Of a DNA stretch of 64,000 bases, positions 24,638 through 35,500 are shown in pieces. The position numbers and the translations under genes were made by a program. This DNA comes from Macrostomum lignano (Eukaryota), in contig NIVC01003753.1 in assembly GCA_002269645.1 (NCBI GenBank), forward strand, positions 14,842-78,841. Direction: 5' to 3'. How positions within the stretch are numbered: the first letter of the stretch is position 1; each line of letters begins with the position of its first letter. Below the pieces are notes generated by a model, which searched no databases, was not told the origin of the DNA, and saw only the letters and a program-made list of their open reading frames with translations.

Positions 24638-25800
24638 ATGCTACGGGTTGCTTTTAGTATTTTGCTTTTGTTAAAATTTGAATATCAATGCGAATATCAA
24701 TGGGGAAACAAATGCGTAACTCTCAACGCTATACCTATAATTTACATGCTAGAATTTAAAAAATTTCGCTATATGGATAATTTCAAGTTCCTGTCAATAA
24801 AATCTTTAAAAAAGTTGAAAGCGAATCAATGAGAACCAAAAGTAGCTGTAAGGTATTTTTTAAAAAAACAATTCGTGTCTAAAAACGCAATATTTAGACA
24901 GTAGATTGGTGCTAAGAGTTTCAGCTTGTTATAATAAGTAATTCAATACTGTTATTACCGCAAAGAGCAACTCGTCTAATTCAGAACTGTTTTTCCCTAC
25001 CCTTTCCTGGCATCCAGGATCAGATTATGAGATTCAGAAAACCTGAAAGCTTGATTGCGAATGCGCACACAGTCTCTCGTTTGTTTTAAACTGCATGTTA
25101 CCTTTAAAATTGTTGCTTTAGTTTTATGTTCTTAGATTCAGTAAGAATTAAAACAATACAGGCCGCCTACTTGTCTCATCTTTGATTTTTAAACGTTCAA
25201 AAGCAGTGCAGCGAATGCAGTATTTAGCTTGTAGTGCAATCGTAAATAGCCATCGATTTTAAGTTTTGATTTATTTCAATAAATTCATAAAGCACGAATT
25301 CTAACGCAAGCGGTGACGAAGCTAAAATGTGAAATATTAGGAGCTGAAAATGGTTGTATATTGCACTGAATTACAGCAGTCTTACAGCTCCCGAATTTAA
25401 ATAACTGATGAATAGCTATGATACGAGAAATATCGTGGGGTTCAATTACATGAAACAGCATCTGTCTAATACATACATGTGCGCAGAGTCATTTGTAAAA
25501 GTTAAGCATTAAATAATTAAGAGGTTTGCGATATCCAAGTACCCAAGATACATATATCTGCTAGAAACAGCATGCTATGTGACAATGTTATTTGACAAAA
25601 ATGAGACAGTAAGTACTATTATATTATCAGAGCTTATATTTTAAATCATACATTTTATATGCATATTGTATTAAACAATAATAGGATAACAGTTTCCTCA
25701 ATGGTATGTATGCAACATAGTAAGAAGGATAATCTCATGGAATCGATTGGAATGAGAATCGGGAATTTTCTTCGCAAAGATGGCCAGGTTGCCTCAGCTG

Positions 25801-28800
25801 TCACAGATTACCAACTCCGGCCGCCAGCCGGTCAGCGTCGCAGTCGTCGTTGTCACAGTCGAAACCGGCGTTGTTTCGTCGAGGGCGTCGCCGGCAGCAC
25901 AGTGGCTCGCCGAGCTCCGTGGCGCTAAGTGGCGGCGAGCGCAACCGGTCGGACAGCGAGTGCAGCAGGTAGTTCTGCTCACCAGTCAGCAGAGGGAAGA
26001 GGCGCTCGTGCACTTCGTCTACTGCAATTGCGTCGCCAGCCTGGCAGGCGCAGACAAGCGACTGCAGACAGAGAAGCAGCTCCTCGGTTAGGAAGGCAGG
26101 CGGCGTCTCCTCGTCTGGCGAGGACCAAGCATATCTGAGGGAGGGTTACGTAGAATTTTTATCTTTCTGTCTTTGTGCCTTTCCTAATGTCTCAGTGCCT
26201 TTCCTAATGTCTCAGTGCCTTCCTAATGTCTCAGTACCTTTCTCAGTGTCTCAGTGCCTTCCTAATGTCTCAGTACCTTTCTCAGTGTCTCAGTGCCGTA
26301 GTGCTTCAGTGCCTTACTAGTGTCTCAGTGCCTTCCTAGTATCTCAGTGCCGTAGTGTCTCAGTGCCGTAGTGTCTCAGTGCCTTCCTAGTGTCTCAGTG
26401 CCGTAGTGTCTCAGTGCCTTCCTAGTGTCTCAGTGCCGTAGTGTCTCAGTGCCGTAGTGTCTCAGTGCCGTAGTGTCTCAGTGCCGTAGTGTCTCAGTGC
26501 CGTAGTGTCTCAGTGCCGTAGTGTCTCAGTGCCGTAGTGTCTCAGTGCCGTAGTGTCTCAGTGCCGTAGTATCTCAGTGCCGTAGTGTCTCAGTGCCGTA
26601 GTGTCTCAGTGCTGTAGTGTCTCAGTGCCGTAGTGTCTCAGTGCCGTAGTGTCTCAGTGCCGTAGTGTCTCAGTGCCGTAGTGTCTCAGTGCCGTAGTGT
26701 CTCAGTGCCTTCCTAGTATCTCAGTGCCGTAGTGTCTCAGTGCCGTAGTGTCTCAGTGCCTTCCTAGTATCTCAGTGCCGTAGTGTCTCAGTGCCGTAGT
26801 GTCTCAGTGCCGTAGTGTCTCAGTGCCGTAGTGTCTCAGTGCCGTAGTGTCTCAGTGCCTTCCTAGTATCTCAGTGCCGTAGTGTCTCAGTGCCGTAGTG
26901 TCTCAGTGCCTTCCTAGTATCTCAGTGCCGTAGTGTCTCAGTGCCGTAGTGTCTCAGTGCTGTAGTGTCTCAGTGCTGTAGTGTCTCAGTGCCGTAGTGC
27001 CTCAGTGCCGTAGTGTCTCAGTGCCGTAGTGTCTCAGTGCTGTAGTGTCTCAGTGCCGTAGTGTCTCAGTGCCGTAGTGTCTCAGTGCCGTAGTGCCTCA
27101 GTGCCGTAGTGTCTCAGTGCCGTAGTGTCTCAGTGCCGTAGTGTCTCAGTGCCGTAGTGTCTCAGTGCCGTAGTGCTTCAGTGCCGTAGTGTCTCAGTGC
27201 CGTAGTGTCTCAGTGCTGTAGTGTCTCAGTGCCGTAGTGTCTCAGTGCTGTAGTGTCTCAGTGCCGTAGTGTCTCAGTGCCGTAGTGTCTCAGTGCCGTA
27301 GTGTCTCAGTGCCGTAGTGCTTTAGTGCCTTCCTAGTGTCTCAGTGCCTTTCTAGTGTCTCGGTGACTTTCCTAGTATCTCAGTACCGTGCTTAGTGTCT
27401 AAATGTCTTTCTTAGTATCTCAGTGCTTTTCTTAGTATCTCAGTGCTTTTCTTAGTGTCTCAGTGCCTTTCTCAGTGTCTCAGTGCCAATCTTAGTGTCA
27501 CAGTGACTTCGTTAGTACCTTCAGCCTCTAATTATCTTAACCTTCAGCTCTTCAGCGCATTAGCATCATCCAAGTGCCCAGAGCTGCGCAATGCCCACCT
27601 AGCCAGAGTGTCGGCATGCTCGGCCTCCAGCCGGTCAGCTGGCCTAGCCAGCAGGCACAGCAACAGCACCCGGCTAATCTCGCTGTCTCGCATGCAGTCC
27701 TGATAGCACGGCAGCAGCTGACCACCGCCGCCGGCGTCACCGCCGGTCCGTTGAACGATCTCCTGCATCCGGGTATGCACCAGTAGGGCCGCGTGCGGAT
27801 CGCTCAGCTGCAGCCGGCAGGTGGCCAGCTTGCCTAGCAGGCGCAGCATCAGCATTGTGTGAGTTGGCACCAGGTCCGTGGCCCGGTGCAGGTGAACAGC
27901 CGCCTCGGCGAATTTGCCGTACAGCATGAGCGCCTCGGCCAGTTGGAGGTAGGCGTTCACCGCTAGCAGGGGCTGGCCGCACTGCTCGTAGACTGCAGCC
28001 GCCTGCGGAGCGGTGCGGTAAGTAACGGATAAAAAATGCAAGCACACACACACACACACAGTTATGCAGTTGTCACATGACTGCTCTCAGCCAGGGGCGT
28101 CGCCATGGATTTTATGGTGGGGGGGGAACATTATTTTTAGAATCGGTGTTGTCAGCGCTCATTTTGGCGCCACAGGCACTCATTTTGGCGCCGGAGCCAG
28201 GGTTTTTTTGGGCGCAGAGTGTGCGTATGCACCCTGAATTTTGAAATTGAAAAAGTGGGTGTGGTTTAGGTGCGGTCTCACAACCTATTGTATTTTCCTT
28301 TTAAGCTTCATTTGAACTGCCTTAAAAAAAGATCTGGAAAACGAGACAAGAGGTCAAAGGGATTCTTTGGACACAAGAAAATATTTGTAGATGTGTCTAT
28401 ATTCCCAGGTTTCTAGAGTAAGAGAAATTGCACTCTGAGCCTTAAAATTGAGGTGAGATTTCGCACCTTGTCTCTGGCGAAAAAAACCCAGGCCGCAGGC
28501 ACTCATTTTGGTGCCGCAGGCGCTATATATTTTGTCACCCTGAAGTAAAATTATTGATTTCCATAATGGGTCACAAGGTTGGTGGGGGGACAAAGCATTG
28601 GCATGTGCCCTCCACAGCTTTTACTGGGGGGGATGTCCTATGTCCCCACTATCCGTCCCCCGTGACAACGCTCCTTCAGGTGAATAAAAGCGTGCCTAAC
28701 CCCCCAGCGCAGGCCAACCCCCAAAACAGCCAACACAACGAACACCAAAACTCACAGTAGCTTCAGTTGGCAGAACAGCTCAGCGGTTAACGCGTCTGAC

Positions 28801-31800
28801 TCACGCGCCACGACCCCCTGGTTCGATCTCGTGCTCGGTGCTCACCCACACCCACATTCATTTGAAGTTTGTTGTGCACGAAAAAATGGCCGGGGTTTGT
28901 CCTACTATTCACACCCAGGAGAGCCGATCCCCAAGGCACAGAGAGTGTACATGCCTGAGAGTGTATATGCCTGAGAGTGTACATGCCTGAGAGTGTACAT
29001 GCCTGAGAGTGTACATGCCTGAGAGTGTACATGCCTGAGAGTGTACATGCCTGAGAGTGTACATGCCTGAGAGTGTACATGCCTGAGAGTGTACATGCCT
29101 GAGAGTGTACATGCCTGAGAGTGCACATGCCTGAGAGTGTACATGCCTGAGAGTGTACATGCCTGAGAGTGTACATGCCTGAGAGTGTACATGCCTGAGA
29201 GTGTACATGCCTGACGATCAGAAAGTCAGGGCCGCTGTACACCCTGTGTGAGCGTGTGCATGAGAGCGTGCCTGCGTACAGTACTGGCGCGCTTGAATGT
29301 GCTCAGGAGTCAGCAGAATGGGCAGGATTGCTGACAAATATTCAAATTCATAAGCCAGTCTCACCTGCACAAAGCTGGCAATGGCCAATTCGAGATTCTC
29401 GTGCAGCGACACTGACAAGGTCTTGCTGAGCTCCTCTTCAGCCATCAAGTGAAGCCGGGCGGCGCGCATCATGGCGCCAGCCTCAGCGGCGCTGTTGCCG
29501 ATGCTGCTCTCGCATCTGCAGAGGAACAGCATATCAATATCAGACCACAATCTGTTGTCAAGTTGAACAGGCCACTTAAGCTATGCCCCCCCCCTTAGAC
29601 AAGTGCTAAACCTTGCTGCATCTTATCTCAATTTTTTGACTCAAAAAAGAAAAAAACGTTACCTAGAAATCTCTTTGCCAATTTCTGGTCTCCAATATAT
29701 AAATATACAAATTTCACAGTCCAATATACTTACTTGGCTTGACCTTTTGCAAACATTGCTGCATAGTAGAATGCTTGCTCCTCCATTTCCAGATGTTTTG
29801 AGATTGAATCAAATTCTGCACTACCTTCAGCCAAGTTGGGCTTCTTTAGAAAGCGCCTAAAAATGAGTAAGCATTAAGGTACTATATAAGACTGAATTCA
29901 ATATTAAATCATTTCTAGCAGCACTTTGCTGCATGACCTTGAAATGAAGTTTGGCAAAAATTTAAGCTGATTTACAAAAAATTCTAAAAAAGTTTAACTA
30001 TTTGTGATTCAAAGTTATGGCCTGATTAATACCTTCTGCAGGAGTTTTGCACTCTAAAGAAGGGTAGCAATATACCATATTAACTTTGTGGGGCATCAAA
30101 ATAAATTTATTGAATTTTAACCCATCAATATCTCAGCTTGTATACTTGCCAAATTTTATTTTAAAGTCATGCACAAAACTGCTACTAGCAATCCTTTTTG
30201 ATATACAACCATTTTTGTAATTGTGTAATAGGGCAATATATACCCTAGTGTATTTTAAATTACATTGTTATACAACTAGTGAGAGGCATTATTGCCCATT
30301 CTATCAATTCCACTAAGCAGGCACATAAGTGCATATTTGGGCACTTTATTAAATATTTATATAATCAAATATGTCCCTATACATAGGCATAATGGCCTAT
30401 GTATAAAAATTCAATAAATGAAAATATTGAATTACTAAATTAATATTTAATGGTCCTAATTTTTATTATTAGACTTGTACATTTCTCTTTGCCTTGGATA
30501 TTGGACTTCAAGTTTATTAATTGCATGAGCATTGCAAATTACTATGCCTGCACTTAGAATTAAGCCTAGCATATAAAAATATTGCACTAGACTATTATTA
30601 GGCTATGGCCTTTTTAAGAAGCAATAGTTAGATATTATGTTACATGCAATTAAAAAATGGTAACAATAACATTTTTGAGAAATTCAACTTAAAGAACAAA
30701 TGAAAATTTTAAGACAATTTGATAACAATATAATTGATCTTTTTATATTAATAAGTATTTATACTATTTTATTCATTTAACTTTAGATATTCAATGGTTT
30801 AATAATATTTTCCAATTTAATCACTATATAAATATAGTGCATGAATTGTATGCAAGGCCAATGTACATATAAATTGGGCTTGCGTGAGCACTACAATATA
30901 AACAGAGTTTTAAAAAAACAATAAAAATATCAATGAGTATTGATTTTTAACTTTTAATAAATTTTTAATGTAGTAGGGGGCCTACTTTTTTTCTTTAAAT
31001 AAGAAAAAACATATTTTATTTTTACTTTATACTATTACTAATTCAATTGTATCAAGACTTAGTCATATTATGTTTTCTCACTAGCCAATATAGAGAATTG
31101 GAACAAAATTGCTACATAAAGTCCTATAACTAACTTTGCCCACGCTGGAACTCTGCCCCTAAGCGCTACCCTGCACCAGCACCGCCAGATGCTGCTGGGC
31201 CACTGCCTATAGACCCTGGGTTGCAATGCACTCTTCCCTCTGGCCCTAGCCATGCTACACTGGCTGACTGAGCAAATGCACCATAGCTAGGCCTGCACTG
31301 CTACTCTAATGGACTGCCTTATCACTGACTTGTAGGCGCTTGAGCAGTTGAGCTGACCCCTCAGGCTGCTGCTGCCTGCCCCTTCTGCCTGTTCTGCAAG
31401 CGGGTGCATACAAGGGGCCTCCCCTTTGCATCTTAATATACTTGATATGTATACATATATATAGAAATTTAGAAGTAATGATAGACAATAGACAATAGAC
31501 AATATATATAAATATATATATTTATATAAATATTATATACCTAATATATATATACCTAATTTAAGTTAGGTATATATATATATATACCTAACTTAAATTA
31601 AAGGGTCAAGTCTGCCTAAAGCCAAAGCCAAAGGCATTGGTAAATAGGCCTATCTATGCCTATCCAAATTTAAATGTATTGAAAATAGACTAAGCCTAGA
31701 AAAAGTATTACAGCAAAAACTGTTTTGCTAATAGATTGCACTAAAACTATAAGTAGAACGAAACTTACTTTTTTAGCTTTGCTGTCACTTGTCTATACTT

Positions 31801-31827
31801 GCTCAGATAATTTATTGATCCATTCAT
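25801..31827 (-). CDS. F8A1: HAP40 / Factor VIII intron-22 protein (huntingtin-associated protein 40); exons 31769-31827, 29734-29856, 29365-29515, 27599-28002, 25801-26134; 356 aa
   Basis: YLSKYRQVTAKLKKRFLKKPNLAE (cf. [24 protein letters not shown]), HTRMQ, EISRVLLLCLL, EHADTLARYAW, LLCLQSLV, PLLTGEQNYLLH. All junctions GT-AG and phase-compatible. Confidence 0.92.
26176..27500. repeat. 16-bp minisatellite (CTCAGTGCCGTAGTGT) filling the last HAP40 intron
   Basis: Direct reading. Confidence 0.97.
28092..28676. mobile_element. Possible degenerate MITE
   Basis: Left end CAGGGGCGTCGCCA resembles the reverse complement of the right end (AAGGAGCGTTGTCA). G-runs inside both ends. No TSD found. 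Confidence 0.35.
28769..29340 (+). mobile_element. tRNA-derived SINE with internal 16-bp expansion
   Basis: A-box AGCTCAGCGG (~28777), B-box GGTTCGATCTC (~28820); 3' part shared with 57455-57600. Confidence 0.65.
28941..29212. repeat. 16-bp minisatellite (GAGAGTGTACATGCCT), ~17 copies
   Basis: Direct reading. Confidence 0.95.
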
Positions 31828-31880
31828 TTTTGATCTGATAGATACAGAGAAAAATTTATGCTAATGACTATAGCCTATAG
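29540..31880. other. CpG-depleted, TpA-rich hypermutated domain 2 (HAP40 exons 1-2 and introns)
   Basis: About 10 CG counted by eye in ~2.3 kb; abrupt transition from the GC-rich exon ending at 29515. Confidence 0.8.
29911..30192. repeat. ~60-bp degenerate inverted repeat (MITE-like) in HAP40 intron 1
   Basis: 29911-29970 aligns with the reverse complement of 30133-30192, with many transition differences. Confidence 0.65.
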
Positions 31881-32509
31881 ATTACCTACGTATATATGTA
31901 TATATTATACGCTATGGCCTATGTTAAGAATTACTTTTTAAGTTTCTTAGAAAATACGACATTTAAAAACGGAGACAAAATTTATCATAGAATATTACGA
32001 ACTTTAAACCCGAGCATCATTTTTTGTTTTACTAGGGTCCATGAAAGTCCTATGTCAGAGAGACGCCAAAAGTATAGTTTTACAAGCCAGATTCGAGTAA
32101 TTTTATTGGTTAAATAATCCTTTTATTTCTAAAACAGTAGAACTTTAAAATATATAATTCAGTCTATTCCTATTGGCGTTATTATGATTTCTATTTTCTA
32201 GTGAAGTCAAGCAATAAGGTGCTTCCTTTAAGAGTGTAAGCTATTAATGAGTTTGGGATTTGGAAGTCATAGAGAATAGAATATAGAGGTTTTGGAACAG
32301 AAATCTAACAATTAACACAACAACGATGTCATGCACACATATTGTTGTACAGCCACGTACACGGCCGGATACATTAAAGCTGCATTAATAAGGATATGCA
32401 TCAATAGTATTTGCGATGAATAAGCTCTTCCGTTAAGTAGCTGGACAAACTTTTCATCTAAAACAGTTTTAGCAGTGTTCCTCTGGGGCCCAACGAAATA
32501 GATGTAATT

Positions 32510-35500
32510 CTACATAAAACCAAAGTTCACAGGTCGCTTCATCGCTACCACCATTGGCGAACCTGACAAATCTGTCATTTCAACAGATTTTTGTACTTCT
32601 GGAGGACCAGCTGGTCGCCGATTAATTCCCTCAAGAGCTGCCTTGTATTCATCTTCATCTTTCTGAGGCAGCATCGGTTTCGCTGAAGACCGAGACCCGC
32701 GCCCTCGTTCCTCATGGAAGACTTCGAGGTTCATCATTAGCAAGGCTGAATTGTTGCGAGCAGGATGAAAGCAGAGGACGTATAGGTGCTTAGATATCGG
32801 ACTATATATGCAAGAAAGTGGGGCACGGCTTAGGCGCAGAGTCTGTGCGTATCTCAACATTGGGTTGCCATGCGTTGACTCTGGATTAAAATGAAAGCAA
32901 TGACAGCTCCAGCCAGCATCTTCGCCGCTCTCTCCTAAGTAGGTGAGCCAGCAGCGACCGCCAAAGCTACCAAGACCGCCAATGAGGGCTCCGTTGACGT
33001 TGCCACCAGCACCGCCACCAGCACCGCCACCAGCAACGCTACCAGCACCACCACCAGCAACACTACCAGCACCACCACCAGCACCACCACCAGCAACACT
33101 ACCAGCACCACCACCAGCACCACCACCAGCAACACTACCAGCACCGCCACCAGCACCTCCACCAGCACCGTCACCAGCATTGCCATCGCCTCCATTACCT
33201 GCAGCACTAGCAACATAACTACCAACCGTTGCTGCCGAAGCTGCTGTCAAGTCTTCTTGGAAATGTCCGGCTGTCTGGTTGCCCTCCGGATAAACAGTCA
33301 GCAGTAACATATTGTGTTCCATCACAACTTCAATTGCCTTAAGACCGTTCTCGCAGCACAGGCCCTGCAAATAGTACGAAAAAAATCGTCAAAGAGGAAT
33401 TTCTCCCGAAAAAGTTTTGCTGTCTGATTTTGACTTGACAGAAAATACGAGGTAATCACAATTCGAGTCAAATTGTCACTCACCTGCATGTCCATCACGC
33501 AGAGGCTGCGATGCTCCTTTTCCAAATCGGCAATCTGGATGCTGCCCCACTTCTCAGCAATGATCAGCAGATGCTTGTGCAGCTTCAATCGCCACGGCAG
33601 CTTAAGGCCTTCGAATAGGAAATTCTCCAACTTCAATCCAGATAGGCTAACTACAGCAATGTTGCTCTTGTTAGTGACATACAGATTGCTTTTGTTTAAG
33701 CCGGAGCCCGAGTTCGAAAACTCGCGAATGCAAACATCGTAGACGTATTCGGAGATCGGCTCGGATAGTTTGTAGTTGCTCTCAGCCACCACCACTGGCC
33801 GGTCCTTGCGAAATCGGAACGCCTGGTCCGGTGCGACTCCACCGGTCGAGCTCTGGCTGCTGTTGCGGCTGCGAAATTTCAATACCAAATTTTATGCTGT
33901 ACTTTCCTGTCCCCTTTGACTTTCCCCTGACTGCCAGCTTTCCTCCCCTGACTGTTAGCCCTCTTCCCCTGACTGCCAGCCTTCCTCCCCTGACTGCCAG
34001 CCCTCATCCCCTGACTGTCAGCTTTCCTCCCCTGACTGCCAGCCTTCCTCCCCTGACTGCCAGCCTTCCTCCCCTGACTGCCAGCCTTCCTCCCCTGACT
34101 GCCAGCCTTCCTCCCCTGACTGCCAGCCTTCCTCCCCTGACTGTCAGCCTTGCTCCCCTGACTGTCAGCCTTGCTCCCCTGTCAGTCCTCCTCCCCTGAC
34201 CGTCAATCTTTCTTCTCCCTCCAATCCCCAGCAAGAGCCCCTCCCTGTAAAAGTACCTTAAGTTGTCCCGACGCCCCGACAGCAGGCTGGACTGTCGCTG
34301 GCCCGAGTCGGCGCCGCCGCTCGCCAAATCGGCGTCGATACCGCCGGAAGCGGCGGCGGCGTCGGCCTCAGCGGAGCAGCTGTAGAGCGACACGTGCAGC
34401 AGGCAGCCGAGCAGGGTGCAGGTGAACACGACGTTATCGCCGTTAGCCGACATGCAGAATCCGTCAGTCAGCTGGGGGAATTTGGGAAATCTGGCCAGCT
34501 CAGTCAGCGGCTTGATTGGCTGGCCGTTTAGCGGCTCGCTGTAGGCGATCATCACGTAGGCGTCGTCATGCTGCTCGACGGTGACAAGGCAGGTCATAAT
34601 CTCCGGACTGATTGACAACTCCTTTAAGAAGCAGTGAAATACCGGCCGCTCGATTGGGCACTCCTGCGAGGTGGCGGTGAAATTGAAATTCAGTTGAAAT
34701 TATGCATTTAAATTTCAAGCCAAATCATCCGCGCCTGAGAAGACAGGCGCCCTCCCGCGGCGTTTCGTGTTTTCTACAATACGTAACTATCTGAGTTTTT
34801 GCTGTCATCAAATATGGAAGCTTTCTCTCTTTTCCTTCCGTCCAAACTATCCGAGTCGCGGCACAGAGCAGCATGGGGACCCAAGTCAAAGAGAGTGTGA
34901 CGGTTAGCCATAGCAGCTTGCTTCCTTGACTGCGGATCGCACTGTCGCACAGTGCCCAAACCCACTCTACGAACTAATGAATACCCTAGATTACAACTCG
35001 CAGACGCACCTGCACCAGCTTCAGGTCCTTGAGTATCGGTTCCCTGTCTGCCCGTCCGTCATGACCAGCGTCGCCCTTGCCTGGGCCGCCTTTCGCTCGA
35101 ACCAGGCCGAGCTGCTGAAGGTCCACCATCAGCTGGTCGGCCGTGTGAGGCGCCACTGTCGACTCCATCAGGCCGCCGTCCTGCTGCATCACTGGCCGCG
35201 GCACGTTCTTGTCGCTGCTCAGGTTGAACATGCACCTGACGTCGTCCACCTGCGGGTGAGCGGAATTTAAGGATGGAAATGGGAAATGTGGAATATGGGA
35301 AGTGGGGACTGAGAGTGGACAATGGAGAGTATGGAATAGAGAGTGGGGAGCGGGGAATAGGGAATGGGGAATATGGAATGGGGAGTGGGGTATAGGGAGT
35401 CGGGAATGAAGAGTAGGGAATGGGGAGTAGGGAATGGAGAGTGGAATGGGGTATTGGGGATAGGAAATGGGAATGGGGAGTGGGGAATGGGGATTGCAAA

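Larger units (their letters stand above)
20375..24717. mobile_element. Foldback/Mutator-like element with long modular inverted arms
   Basis: 9-bp TSD AACTCTCAA (20366-20374 and 24718-24726). ~80-bp unique outer TIR (ACGCATTTGTTTCCCCATTG...) followed by inverted 177-bp tandem arrays. Confidence 0.88.

Noticed and set aside
28769-28840. tRNA gene (also 57311-57380 and 1240-1275)
   Set aside because: A/B boxes are present but no complete cloverleaf or acceptor stem; followed by SINE-like body.
31930-31990. Candidate HAP40 first coding exon (..SKKLKK|)
   Set aside because: Upstream in-frame stop and no ATG; 31769-31827 matches the HAP40 N-terminus much better.
35076-35100. CTTGCCTGGGCCGCCTTTCGCTC near-match to the LINE (23621-23643)
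   Set aside because: Only ~23 bp with 2 mismatches, lying antisense within a well-supported exon; probably coincidence.
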